A DNA stretch of 64,000 nucleotides. Source: Octopus vulgaris. Lineage: Eukaryota. The translations under genes and the position numbers were made by a program. The notes beneath the pieces are model-generated. The model was given only the letters and a program-made list of their open reading frames with translations. It did not search any database and was not told where the DNA came from. Of the stretch, positions 38,209 to 51,874 are shown piece by piece. The stretch lies in the NCBI GenBank assembly GCA_951406725.2, contig OX597821.1, forward strand, positions 87,110,001 through 87,174,000, given 5' to 3'. Position 1 is the first letter of the stretch, and each line of letters opens with the position of its first letter.

Positions 38209-39060
38209 TGTGGTAGTGAGTTTGCATTGTCCCCGGTGTCCTATTTTAGGGGTTAGGTTGCAGCAGAAAGTAGAAACATTAGGAGGAGACAAACAGACAG
38301 AAACAAACAAAAAATGGGGATGAGAAGACTATCCTCGCCACCACCACTACCACTACCACCACCACCACCACCACCACCACTTTCACTATCACCACCTAGA
38401 TAACATACCCATCACTGCACTTCTATACTTCTATCTTCAGATATTCAAACACATAGACAAAAAAAAAACAGATATGTAACCCCTACATCTCCCCCACCCC
38501 ACCCCAACACCATCTAGTTATTAAATGAAAACTATAACCCTTCCCCTGCAATCCTATCACCAATCAACCAGAATAGAGAAAAGCACATGCACATACACTC
38601 CCCCCACCATACTATCACCACCACCAATACCACCACCACCACCAGGCCAAAAATTCAGTAAGGCATTCAGAAGCATTAGACCATACACATCTCCCTCACA
38701 AACATATTAATTTCTATAACACTCCATCATCCATCTCTGCAGTGTCACCAAGCTGCTATTCAGTCAGATAAACATACACAGAGACAGATGTGTGTGTGTG
38801 TGTGTGTGTGTATACATACACACACACACACACTTATGCACACACACATATATATATATAAATATGTATATATATATATAGAGAGAGAGAGAAACATAGA
38901 GAGAGAGAGAAACATAGAGAGAAAAGCTTATATATATTTATATAACTATCAAGATATATCTAGATATATAAATATATATATATCCCTTTCTCTTTCTCTC
39001 TTTTTCTCTCAATGTTTCTCTGTTCCTCCCTCTTTCTCTCTCTCTCTCTCTCTATATATA

Positions 39061-39428
39061 CTAGCAGTATCGCCCGGCGTTGCTCGGGTTGTAAGGGAAA
39101 TAACTATATAAGCATTTTTAGAGTTATAGCCAAAAAATAGCAAAAAAAATGCATTAAAAATTGAAAATCGTTGACACATCGTAGATATTTTTAGAGAGTT
39201 ACTTCCCTTATATAAAAGCGAAAAAAATGCATTAAAATGGAAAAATATGATGGTAAATTTTTTTAAAATCGTAGACTCATCGTAGACGCGCGCTAATACC
39301 CAGAAGGGCTCGATATGAATCACGACTATAAGATACCCACTTTTGGTTAAACTGCACCGCAAAATGTGGGAGTAATTACGAATGTAAATCGAAGGGGACA
39401 GACACACAACTTCACTCTTATATAAAGA
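39061..39428 (-). mobile_element. Non-autonomous Helitron, both ends present
   Basis: Minus strand: A|TCTTTATATAAG... 5' end; 3' end CCCGAGCAACGCCGGG hairpin, then CGATACTG-CTAG|T; inserted between A and T with no TSD. Confidence 0.85.
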
Positions 39429-40215
39429 TGCTTTTTTTTTTCAGTCATAGAGTTAGATTTATGAAGGTCTTCAGTAGAAAATCCTTCGAATTCTGACTCG
39501 CTGCTTGATATAATGAAATTCGTATCCGTTTTTTGTCAGAATTACAAATTTTGAAAACACAATAGGAACAAATTTCGGAAAAAAATCTCCCATAATTCAC
39601 GGAATTAAAATTACACTTCGATTTTTGTACAAAACTGTATTTGAAGTGTTTACGAAGTATAATACGTGTTTTCACGAATGTACTAAAGAGATTTACTCTG
39701 ATATTCTCATTTAAATATGAATATGTAAATTCGGGCGGTTTGGTAACGAAAGGGTTTATATAAGTGTCGTCTGTTTATACATAAACACTGTTTCATAGTT
39801 TCAGTTTAGTCTTCCTCAAATCACTGTCGCTAATTTACTCTCTTCCAAGAACATTTTCACTCACTGTTATCTGTTAGCTTCCCATACATTTTACTCATGT
39901 ATCTATCAGCGTGATAGACAGAAACAAATATTACATTTACTTTCATTTTATTCGTTGCCCACTGTGTGTGCATTTGCGTGTGGTGTAAACCAGACTAAGA
40001 AAAGCATTTGACACACACACCAGAATGTGAGTTTTCTGTAAATTTTGCTTAATTGGAGTTTAAATTTTAAAAACTGGACCTGGCATGACGCGATGCATTG
40101 TACTCTTAAAACTGCTAGGTAAATTGTAATTGAAGAAATCCTATATTGTAGATTTGTATAACTCCCAAAGGGAGGCAGATAAAATCTGCCTTTTATAATA
40201 AGAGATATATATATA

Positions 40216-40265
<50 letters not shown>

Positions 40266-40324
40266 GTGTCCAACCTATGCTAGCATGGAAAGTGGACGTT
40301 AAACGATGATGATGATGATGATGA

Positions 40325-40361
<37 letters not shown>

Positions 40362-40375
40362 CACACATATATAAA

Positions 40376-40586
40376 TTTTCTACTCTAGGCACAAGGCCTG
40401 AAATTTTGGGAAGAGGGGCCAGTCGATTAGATCAACCCAGTACCACAACCGGTACTTAATTCATCGAACTGTAAAGGATGAAAGGCAAAACCGACCTTGG
40501 TGGAATTTGAACTCAGAACACAAAGACAGACGAAATACTCCTAAACATTTTGCCTGGCATGTTAACATTTATGCCAGCTCACCACC
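40376..40586 (-). mobile_element. SINE family C (alternative tail), diverged
   Basis: AAAGGATGAAAGGCAAA...GAATTTGAACTCAGAAC core; tail as at 4730 and 4975. Confidence 0.8.
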
Positions 40587-40599
40587 TTCCCAACCATAT

Positions 40600-41350
40600 T
40601 GTTCCAGGTTCATCTTGGGCAAATTCTTCTACTATAGCTCTTGGTTGACCAAGGCTTTTGTGAGTAGAGTTGGCAGCTGGAAACTGAAGGAACCCTGTCA
40701 CATGTATGTGAGTGTGTGTGTGTGTGTATCTATATATGAGTACCTTTGTGTTTGTCTCCCACTACTGCTTGTCAACCAGTGTTGGTTTGTTTATATCCCT
40801 GTCAGTAGTTCGCCAAAAAGTGACTGATGGCATAAATGCCAAGCTTAGAGTAAAATAAGTACTGGGGTTAATTTGTTCAACTAAACCTTTCAAAGTGGTG
40901 CCCTAGCATGGCCACAGTCCAATGACTGAAACAAGAAAAAGATAAAAGATATACGTAAGAGTGGCTGTGTGGTAAGTAGCTTGCTTACGAACTACATGGT
41001 TCCGGGTTCAGTCCCACTGCGTGGCACCTTGGGCAAGTGTTTTCTACTATAACCTCGAGCCAACCAATGCCTTGTGAGTGGATTTGGTAGACGGAAACTG
41101 AAAGAAGCCCATCGTATATATGTATATATATATATGTGTGTGTGTCTGTGTTTGTTCCCCAACATCGCTTGACAACCGATGGTGGTGTGTTTACGTCCCC
41201 GTAACTTAGCAGTTCGGCAAGTGAGACCGATAGAATAAGTACTAGGCTTACAAAGAATAAGTCCTGGGGTCGATTTTCTCGACTAAAGGCGGTGCTCCAG
41301 CAAGGCCGCATGCAGTCAAATGACTGAAACAAGTAAAAGAGTAAAAGAGT
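40600..41350 (+). mobile_element. Two tandem SINE B copies (old 40600-40950; young 40959-41350)
   Basis: Both colinear with the B consensus; the first is heavily diverged with a (AAAAGAT) tail. Confidence 0.85.
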
Positions 41351-41408
41351 GCTTAAAGACAGAAAGATAGATATATAAAATAGATGAGTGCGGAGATAGA
41401 CAGCAAAG

Positions 41409-41446
<38 letters not shown>

Positions 41447-41540
41447 ACACATAAACACACACACACAAACACATACACACACACATACACACACATACAC
41501 ACACACACACAAACACACATACACACACACATACATACAT

Positions 41541-41597
<57 letters not shown>

Positions 41598-42204
41598 GAC
41601 AAAGAACAGAGAGAGGGAAAGAGAGAGAGGATTGAAGACGCTGGAGAATTCTGACCTTCAGATCAACTGTCTGAGAAAATGAGATCTGGTTACTGCAGTT
41701 TGCTCTCAAGGAAAAAAGATGGTGAAAGAGGAGGAGGACAAGGAGAGGAGGAGGACAAGGAGAGGAGGAGGACAAGGAGAGGGAAGTAATCTCTTTTAAA
41801 GGTATCAGTATGTTTATTTTATAATGGGTGATCACTGGGTTCCACCCCACTTGTCTCACTTGGTAATACTGGTGACAACAGAAGTGGTGGTGGTGGTGGT
41901 TGTAATGGAGCTAGTTGTCATCATCATCATCATCATCATCATCGTCGTGGTCCTCATCATCGTTGTCATCGCCGCTATGGTCATAAATGTCTTTATCTTG
42001 ACATTCATCATAATCACTTCTGTTGCTGTCATTGTTTTCACCATCACCACCAACACCATTACCCCCCCCCCCCCGCCGCCACCGCCGCCGCCGCCGCCAC
42101 TGTCATCAGCAGCACCATCACTGTCATCAAAATCATTGTCATCACTCTTCAGATTTCTTGCATGTGAACGTAGAATTCTTAGTTTACTGCATGTCTATGT
42201 GTTT

Positions 42205-43170
42205 CTTATTTCTTTATTGCCCACAAAGGGCTAAACATAGAGAGGGACAAACAAGGACAGACAAAGGGATTAGGTCGATTAGATCGACCTCAGTGCATAA
42301 CTGGTACTTAATTTATCGACCCCGAAAGGATAAAAGGCAAAGTCAACCTCGGCGGAATTTGAACTCAGAACATAATGGCACACAAAATACCTGTTTCTTT
42401 ACTACCCACAAGGGGCTAAACACAGAGAGGACAAACAAGGACAGACAAATGGATTAAGTTGATTACATCGACCCCAGTGCGTAACTGGTACTTAATTTAT
42501 CGACCCCGAAAGGATGAAAGGCAAAGTCTACCTTGGCAGAATTTGAACTCAGAACATAATGGCACACAAAATACCTGTTTCTTTATTACCCACAAGGGGC
42601 TAAACACAGAGAGGACAAACAAAGACAGACAAACGGATTAAGTTGATTACATTGACCCCAGTGCGTAACTGGTACTTAATTTATCGACCCCGAAAGGATG
42701 AAAGGCAAAGTTGACCTTGGCAGAATTTGAACTCAGAAGATAATGGCACACAAAATACCTGTTTCTTAATAACCCACAAGGGGCTAAACGCTGAGAGGAC
42801 AAACAAGGACAGACAAATGGATTAAGTTGATTATATCGACCCTTAGTGCGTAACTGGTACTTAATTTATCGACCCCGAAAGGATGAAAGGCAAAGTCGAC
42901 CTCGGCGGGATTTGAACTCACAACGTAATGGCACACAAAATACCTATTTCTTTATTACCCACAAGGGGCTAAACACAGAGAGGACAAACAAGGACAGACA
43001 AATGGATTAAGTCAATTACATCGACCCTCAGTGCGTAACTGGTACTTAATTTATCGACCCCGAAAGGATGAAAGGCAAAGTCGACCTCGGCAGAATTTGA
43101 ACTCAGAACGTAACGGCAGATGAAATACCGCTAAGCATTTCGCCCGGCGTGCTAACGTTTCTGCCAGCTC
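42205..43170 (-). repeat. Head-to-tail concatemer of SINE C: one full copy plus four 5'-truncated ~184-bp units
   Basis: CCACAA.GGGCTAAAC recurs at about 42221, 42406, 42590, 42774 and 42959; only the rightmost unit has the head (...CTGCCAGCTCGC). Confidence 0.92.
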
Positions 43171-44178
43171 GCAGCATCTCTATGTCTTTCTGTGTGTCTT
43201 GTGTTTGCATGTGTGTATTTACCACCACCATCATCGTCATCATCGCCTTACCCCTCCTCATCATCATCAGTGTTTCAATAACCACTCTCACATGCTGGTA
43301 TGGGTTGAATGAAATTACATTAGAGCAGAATCTCTAAGTGCCAGGTATCCTTGATGATGCCGACCCTCACTTGTTTCCAAGCAAATTCATAATCCCCTGG
43401 CATAACCAAACAAAGAGCCTGGAAAAGTCTTATGTAAAGAATTGGAAACAAATGGTGCTGCTATTTCTAGCAGTTTGATTTAGCATGTATAAACTCCCTT
43501 GCAGAAACTAACAGATATAGGTGCAGGCATAGCTGTATGGTAAGCTGTTTGTTTTTCAAGCACATTGTTCCAGGTTCAATCCCACTGCATTGCACCTTGG
43601 GCATGTGTCTTCAACTACAGCCTCAGACTGACCAAAGCATTGTGAGTTGATTCTGTTGGCAAAAACTAAAAAGAGTTTGTCATATATATATATATATGAT
43701 TGATTTTTTTTGATTTTAGTTTCAGCTCGTGAGCTGTGGCCATGCTGGGGCACCGCCATTTAAAAAAAGCGTATCAGGTTCTATATGTATGTATATATGC
43801 ATATGTTTTATTTATTAATTTATATATATATATATATACATATACATACATGCATGTTTATGTGCATGGGTTACTATGTTTGTGTGAGTGTGTGTGTGAG
43901 TGTACAATGTAACCATGTATATGAATGAGCATATGTAACCATGATTTTCATGAAGATGATAATTATGATGATGGTAATGATAATGCGTCAACTTCCTACT
44001 ACGCAGCTAATCTCTTTCTAAGAATGGTGTCAGAGTACTTCATAGTAACACTAAGAGATACAAAACGTGCTTCATTTTAGTGCCTAGAAAATAATTCTTC
44101 CTCTCTCGTTATGAAGTGATTTTCTGAGCCCCATAGCCATCCTTGCATCTCTGTGAATACAAGTAAAAATTCCTCTAG

Positions 44179-44365
44179 AATTCAACATAACTTATTCAGT
44201 CCCCAAATCCAACACGATTATTGCGTTTTAAAATCCAATCTAACGATTCAGCGGCAAGAGTTAACCCAACTCATCCAGTCTTAAAATTCAACATAACTCT
44301 ACCGTTCCAGACAGAACTCAGCCTAACTATTAAAAGCTAGAATTCAACCTGACTATTTAATCCCA
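44179..44365. repeat. Degenerate 26-27-bp minisatellite, about 7 units
   Basis: Recurring AATTCAAC.TAAC.ATT motif at about 26-30 bp spacing. Confidence 0.6.
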
Positions 44366-44601
44366 TTCCAATTGAGAAGTTTTGCATATTCATACAATGA
44401 CATTTCAAAGTTTCGGCTTTGGTGTAATTTCTTAAGCTACTGGCTCCATATTTACCTCCTCCACTATCATATTAAGCTTGTTTTTTCCTGTTATTAATGC
44501 AGGATGGTGTCAGGAGAGACGAGGTATAGATCGCAGTTAGATTGAAAAGTTACTTTGTTTTTTATTAGATTATGTTTTTTTCTCTGGTATAAAAGCGACA
44601 A

Positions 44602-44639
<38 letters not shown>

Positions 44640-44902
44640 TTCTTTTTGCCAAGTTTAATAATTCATAACATCGACTTGAAATTTAGCTTTATGGTTAATA
44701 ATGAAGGAGATAAAAGCAGAAAAACCCTAATTCATACACACTCACACAAACACCCAACATACATACACAGATACCTGTATGTATGTATGTATGTATGTAA
44801 GTCTCTATGTGTTTATATATTCATATAAGTGCGTGGAAATGTATACATATGTATGTAAGTATGCATGTATATGCATATCTATCTATCTATCTATATATCT
44901 AT

Positions 44903-44953
<51 letters not shown>

Positions 44954-45027
44954 CATACATACATACATATGTGTATATGTATATATATATACATACATAC
45001 ATATGTATATATATGTATATATGTATG

Positions 45028-45131
<104 letters not shown>

Positions 45132-45212
45132 GGAGAGAGAGAGAGAGAAATGAGACACTCACTTCCACACATACACGAAGTATATATTCAATATGATAGA
45201 TGCATGGATGTG

Positions 45213-45244
<32 letters not shown>

Positions 45245-45483
45245 GACACAAGATTGTTATTATGGTATATAGCTGTGTATATAAGTATATAATTATATAT
45301 CTGTCTATGTATGTACATAGCTTCGTATGTATGCATAAATGCATAAATGCATAAATATCTTTCTGAAGATAAATATATGTCTGGATTTTGATATTTATAG
45401 TAATGGCTACAGGCAATGGCAGCTCAGTTAAAGAGTTCCCTTAACAACTATGAGGTTCTAAGCTCAATCTAATTGCAAGGTGA

Positions 45484-45990
45484 TCATCATCATTGTTCGA
45501 CCGTGGTCGAGACAATGGAATTTACCATGCTACGCCAAACATCATGGTCCGTCATGGCATTACGGAGGTCCTGTTGCTGGATGCCTGTATCCCTGGAGAT
45601 TACATCAGAGTAGGAGAGTGTGCGCCATGTGGTATTGCAAGTAGATGGCTTCCAGAGGAGAAGAGTAGAAATTACCTCTTTTTCAGCTCTACAACAATGT
45701 CCAGCAAACTGGACTCTCCTACCTTTCACAAGAGATGACACAGGTGGTAGTTTCCCATATATTTGCCTTTTGGTTGGATGGCGCTTCCACGAGAGATTTT
45801 GAGCTCTCATAAGGAGGCGAGTATAGGTTCCATCCAACCACCTCTCAAGCTTCTTTGATAATGTCCAGGTTTCTGAGCCATATAGTAGAATTGGTTCGAC
45901 TGTGGCTTTGAAGATTTCAAGTTTGAAGTCTCTACTTAGATTTGATGACCAGATCTTATGCATGTCATTACAGGAGTGTCTACCTTGGCC
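45484..45990 (-). pseudogene. 5'-truncated RTE/RTE-X-type LINE, RT C-terminal region
   Basis: ORF 45490-45963 KLEIFKATVEPILLYGSETWTL...RRVQFAGHCCR...AMTDHDVWR matches the RTE-group motifs (LLYGSETW; F.GH..R; DR..WR); stop codon is followed directly by (TGA)n. Confidence 0.88.
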
Positions 45991-46237
45991 TCGACTTGAC
46001 CAGTACTATTCGGTTTATTGTATTCTTTTACTTTTATTCTGTTACTTGTTTCAGTCATTTGACTGTGGCCATGCTGGAGCACCGCCTTTTGTTAAACAAA
46101 TCGACCCAAGGACTTATCCTTTGTAAGCCTAGTACTTATTCTAAAGTAGCTCCAGCCAGAAACTGCCTCCAGATCAGAAGCTCAGTTAGATATGTTTTTA
46201 CCACTTTATGTTACAAGGAACATGAGTCCAGCCTGAG

Positions 46238-46941
46238 CGGTGGTTTTGAACCAGGGTTCTTGTGACCCCTGAGGGCCCATATAAAATTTTTGGGGGTCCG
46301 TGCAACAAAATAATAAATTGGAGATTCACACTAGTATTTTAAGGGCCAATTTACGGTATGTATTGGTATGTATTGCAAGAAACAGCTAAGTTTCTTTCTC
46401 TAACACTTTACATAGTTCAATCAGAATCGAAACCGATCAATGGAAATTGCAGCTGAGTTACCAGTGCCGGTGGCACGTAAGAGAGCCATCCGAACGTGGC
46501 CGTTGCCAGCGCAGCCCCGACTGGCCTCGTGCCAGTGGCACATAAAAAGCACCATCCGATCTTGGCCGTTTGCCAGACTTGTCTGGTACCTGTGCCGGTG
46601 GCACGTAAAAAGCACCCACTACACTCATGGAGTGGTTGGTGTTAGGAAGGGCATCCAGCCGTAGAGACATTGCCAGATCAAACTGGGCCTGGTGCAGCCT
46701 TCTGGCTTCCCAGACCCCAGTTGAACCGTCCAACCCATGCTAGCATGGAAAGCGGACGCTAAACGATGATGATGATGATGATGATGAATCTACATAAGTT
46801 AATGTGTGAAAAACAATACAGGAATTTTGAAAGAAGTTTCTACAAAACTAGTTTGTTAACCCTGAATGATTATGGGGGATCCACCAGAACAAAATAGTAA
46901 CCAAAAGGGGTTCATAGGTTAAAAATGGTTGAAAACCCCTG
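46238..46941. mobile_element. hAT-like MITE interrupted by an RTE 3' fragment
   Basis: Ends GCGGTGGTTTTGAACC / GGTTGAAAACCCCTG; subterminal GGGG.TCC motifs. Confidence 0.55.
46418..46786 (+). mobile_element. RTE 3' UTR fragment with 3 hairpin units and (GAT)n tail
   Basis: Hairpins at 46464, 46529, 46592; 3' end nearly identical to 18330-18507. Confidence 0.88.
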
Positions 46942-47334
46942 AGCTAGAGTTCTGACAGAATCTATGTTAATATTTATAGACACAAATAACTGCTCAGTCT
47001 TTCTCCTCTGGGGAAATTGATAGAATACTAACCAAGAAGGCAGTGGTGGTGGTGGTGGTGGTGGTGGTGGTGGTGATGGTGGTGGTGGTGGTGGTAATGG
47101 AGCTCACATATTTGAGACAGGATAGAATTATCAATTTAGAGGATAAAGATATTAAATATGTAGGGCAGGAAACCAACTACAATACTATGATAATAAGGGA
47201 CTTGGGTGTGGTAAAAACGAAGGAAAAATTGGCTCCATAGCTACAATCTCTTTTAGGCAATCCGACTCCAGTGGAACTGGTAGACTACTTGTGAAGGACT
47301 CAGCCCTGATTTCCATAATCAGAGGAAACATTGT

Positions 47335-47755
47335 CATACATATACATATACATACATGCATATATATATATATATATATTTATATATACATACATACTTA
47401 CATATACATACACATACACACACATATATATATAGATATACATATATATATACATATATATACATACATGTACATACATATATACATACATATATATATA
47501 TACATTTATATACATACATGCATATACATAAATATACTTATATATACACATATATACATATATACATACATATATATATGCATACATATATATATACATA
47601 AATATACTTATATATACTCATATATACATATATACATACATATACATACATACATATATATATATATATATGTATATACATATGCATATATATATATATA
47701 TATGTATGTATGTATATGTATATATATATGCATATATGTATATACATATATATTT
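47335..47755. repeat. (TA)/(ATAC) degenerate microsatellite
   Basis: Directly visible; similar tracts at 13222, 16130, 35450, 44870, 48080, 54240, 58320 and 58850. Confidence 0.95.
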
Positions 47756-48074
47756 ACATTCTCTCTTTTTTCTCTCTGTGAATGCAAAGTTTAACAGCCT
47801 GTGTAGTTAGATTACTGATGATGTGAAGAAAATTGTCAGTAGTAAAGATAGGGTAGAGGTGATTGTCATATGCAATAAAGTGGTGGTGGTAGTGGTGGGG
47901 GGTGGGGTGGAGGCGGTGGATGGGTGGATGGGGTAGACTACTGCTTTCTCCTTCTTAATGAGAAACTAAATACTAGTGGGGTGGGTTTAAATATCAGAGG
48001 TTAGCTGGAAGGCCTGGCAGACACAAATACAACCAGCCAGACACATAAATACACATACACACACATGTGTATAA

Positions 48075-48165
<91 letters not shown>

Positions 48166-48167
48166 CG

Positions 48168-48231
<64 letters not shown>

Positions 48232-48599
48232 TACATACATGCGTGTGTGAGTGTGTTTGTTTGTGTGTCTATGTATATAGATGTAGACAGATAGATAGAT
48301 TGATAGATAGATAGATATGATATAATATAATATGAAAATGATTTAGACAAAGATATTTCAGAAAGTGAGGTTGACAAGTAGGGTTGGGAAAAGTGATATT
48401 AACTAAATGGAATTATTAAGTTAAACAGACAGACATTAAGTGGAAGTTGGGAGACATAGGTGAAAAGGCGGGGGGAAGAAAACCTTTAATGAACCTTAGT
48501 GTGGTCCATAGAAATCACAGTTGTCGACCAGACCACTTAATGTGAGAATCCTTTGAGTCAAAATAAAATTGCTACCATTATTCAAGATACATACAAAAA

Positions 48600-49450
48600 T
48601 GGTGAACTGGCAGAATTGTTAGCATGAGTGGCTGTGTGGTAAGTAGCTTGCTAACCAACCACATGGTTCCGGGTTCAGTCCCACTGCGTGGCATCTTGGG
48701 CAAGTGTCTTCTGCTATAGCCCCGGGCCGACCAATGCCTTGTGAGTGGATTTGGAAGACGGAAACTGAAAGAAGCCTGTCGTATATATGTATATGTATAT
48801 ATGTGTTTCTGTGTTTGTGCGTCTCTGTTTGTCCACCTAGCATTGCTTGACAACCAATGCTGGTGTGTTTATGTCCCCGTCACTTAGCGGTTCGGCAAAA
48901 GAGACCGATAGAATAAGTACTGGGCTTACAAAGAATAAATACCGAGGTCAATTTGTTCGACTAAAGGCGGTGCTCCAGCATGGCCGCAGTCAAATGACTG
49001 AAACAAGTAAAAAAAAAAAAAAAAATTGCCTGACAAAATGCTCAGTGGTATTTCGTCCATCTTTACGTTCTGAGTTCAAATTCCACTAAGGATGACTTTG
49101 CCTCTTGTCCTTTCAGGGTCAATAAAATTAGTACCATTTGAACATTGGGGTCAATGGTATTAACTACCACTCACCCCTGAACTTGCTGGTCTTGTACCAA
49201 AATTTGAAACCATTATCTAAGATGCTTATAAAAGTGGTAAACTGGAAGAATCCCTAGCATGCTGGATGAGATGTTTAGCGGTATTTTTCCTGTTGGTATG
49301 TTCTGATTTCAGATTCCAACAAGGTTAACGTTTGCTTTTCATCCTTTCAAGATCAATGAAATAAGTACCAGTTGAGTACTAGTGTTGATATAATTGACTG
49401 CACCCTTCTCCAAAATTACAGGCCTTGTGCTCATAAGAGAAAGGGTTATC
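48600..49450 (+). mobile_element. Nested cluster: SINE B (48626-49025) inside a SINE C head, followed by a second SINE C
   Basis: GGTGAACTGGCAGAATTGTTAGCATG | SINE B ending in poly(A) | GCCTGACAAAATGCTCAGTGGTATTTCGTC resumes SINE C; another C copy at about 49235-49450. Confidence 0.85.
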
Positions 49451-50086
49451 TAAGATACTGTAGTATGGGGAACTATTAATACAAGGAACAAAGTGTGATT
49501 CGTCTTCCTCTCAGTGTTGACTCTCCAGATGGGTTAAATCCAAGATGTACCCTACCCACTTGGCCTGTCGCTAGAACTGATCACTAATTCCCTTTCTAGC
49601 TTGCTTGTCTCTATGTGTCCATCCACTCCTACTGCCCGATGCCAAAAAGAGCCATGCTGGTTCTACTTGTGTATGTGTATGCATGTATGTGTGTGCATGT
49701 ATGCTGTGCAAGTGCATAGAAAGCATATGGCTGTGTGTGTGTGTGTGTGTGTGCATGTGTGTTGGGTATAAATGCAAAGTTTGGAGTATGATGCATGGAT
49801 GGGTCAATATTCATAAGTGCAGAGTGTTTGGACGTGTGCACATGTGCAACTTGAATTATATTTTGTCTACATGAGAGTGTGCATGCATGTGTGAATGTGC
49901 ATATATATATATATATATATGTCTGTCTGTCTGGCAATAGCAGAAGACACTTGCCCAAGGTGCCACGCTGTGAGATTGAACCCAGAACCATGCGCCTATA
50001 GAAAGCATGCCAAAGCAGACAGTAGAGTTTCATGCTGTCTTCTTGCTTACTAATTCCTGTCAAACTGTCCAACCTCTGCTAATATG

Positions 50087-50301
50087 TATTTCTTTATTGC
50101 CCACAAGGGGCTAAACATAGAGGACAAAAAAGGACAGACAAAGGGATTAAGTCAATTACATCGACCCCACCCCCGTGCGAAACTGGTACTTTATTTATCG
50201 ACCCCGAAAGGATGAAAGGCAAAGTCGACCTTGGCGGAATTTGAACTCAGAACGTAACGACAGATGAAATACCGCTAAGTATTTCGCCCGGTGCGCTAAC
50301 G
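50087..50301 (-). mobile_element. SINE family C inserted in an old RTE tail
   Basis: Colinear copy; flanks AACTGTCCAACC..TGCTAATATG / AATATGGAAAGGGGACATTAAATG rejoin to an RTE-type 3' end. Confidence 0.85.
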
Positions 50302-50411
50302 AATATGGAAAGGGGACATTAAATGAAGTTGATGTTGATTAACACTTATTTCAATAGATCAAATAGAGGCACCTTCACCTTATATTTTGATGCTGTTGCA
50401 TGATAGATAAT

Positions 50412-50413
<2 letters not shown>

Positions 50414-50466
<53 letters not shown>

Positions 50467-50940
50467 AATTATTGTATACAGTGCTCAGGTGCACCACAAC
50501 TTGTCAAAAGTGCATGTAAAGCATATGCAATAATGTACAAATGTCTGGGAAGTGAACAGTGTATGAGTCAGATACATGCTTGCATGTGTATGGAGGGAAG
50601 AAAATCAGATGTAGTGTTGGTGAATCTCAGGAAGCATGGAAGTTTTGAAGGATGCAGTGCTCCGACAACTAACAACTGATGCCGGCAGTTTGTTCCATCC
50701 TTCAGCAACTCTTAGCATGTAAAAAATGTTTCTGAGAGTCATGGGAACTGTGCTGTTTTCTGACTTTGTAAACATGTCCATGGGTGTTAGATGGGTGGAG
50801 TTTGAAAAGGTGCTCAGAGTTATTGTTTGTAAGATGGTTAATAATTTTATGGGTGTCTGCCAAGTCAGCTGCCAGACGTCAGAGTTTCACTGTATCCATG
50901 TCCAGGGAGGTAAGGCGTTCAGAATATGGAAAAATGCCTG
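50414..50940 (-). pseudogene. 5'-truncated CR1-group LINE, RT C-terminus, 3' UTR and (ATT)n tail
   Basis: Minus strand: YSERLTSLDMDTVKL*RLAADLADTHKIINHL...THGHVYKVRKQHSSHDSQKHF, then after a frameshift LRVAEGWNKLPASVVSCRSTASFK; typical CR1 motifs (Y.ERL..L; DL...KI; GH..K; RV...WN.LP..VV; FK). Confidence 0.85.
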
Positions 50941-51469
50941 AACATTTTTTGTAGGATGTGAGTCTCTAGTATACTTTAGGAGTACTGCATGTATAAGCTG
51001 TGTTGTGTTGCTATGTAACATGAAGTGTCCTGTGTAGTAGCTTTGTAGTAAACAACATTTGTAACGGTGGATGTGTAGTATTACGGATTATCTCCAGTCA
51101 TCACTTGGACTATATATATATATTATGTGTAGATCTATGTATGTGGAATGTGGGTGTATATAGGAGGGCCTGAGATAAAGTGGCAATAAAAATGCCAGCA
51201 TTAATACAACTGTTGAATAAGAAACAATTTCCAGATAGTCATCTTACAATGTATGTGTGCATGTGTCTGTGTGTGTGTATATATATATATATATACACAC
51301 ATGTACATAGATGTATGTGTGTGTGTGTGTGCTTGAAATTATAAGAATATCTGCATCAGTTTGAGTGGGTATGAGTCTGCCTGTACACCTATGTATAAAC
51401 GTGTACACATGTACATGTACACTTGGGATAAAGGCATTGTTTGTGTTTGTGTAAACACATATGTATTTG

Positions 51470-51503
<34 letters not shown>

Positions 51504-51678
51504 CACACATTATATATGTATATGGCCATTGAAGATTATACGTGTTCCTATGTATGAGTATGCATTTATATATAGCGTGTGCTTATCACGCGATATTTTG
51601 TATCTCTGATTTAATATGTAAGTATCAGTGTCATATATATATATTTCTCCGATACACACACACACACACACACACACA

Positions 51679-51716
<38 letters not shown>

Positions 51717-51781
51717 TGTATGAGTCTGTTATTCATACACCTATCTTCATCTTTTGTTTTTCTTTAAATTTCAACAATATA

Positions 51782-51817
<36 letters not shown>

Positions 51818-51874
51818 TGTATGCATGTATGTATGCATGCATGTATGTGTGTGTGTGCGTGAGTGTATGTGTGA

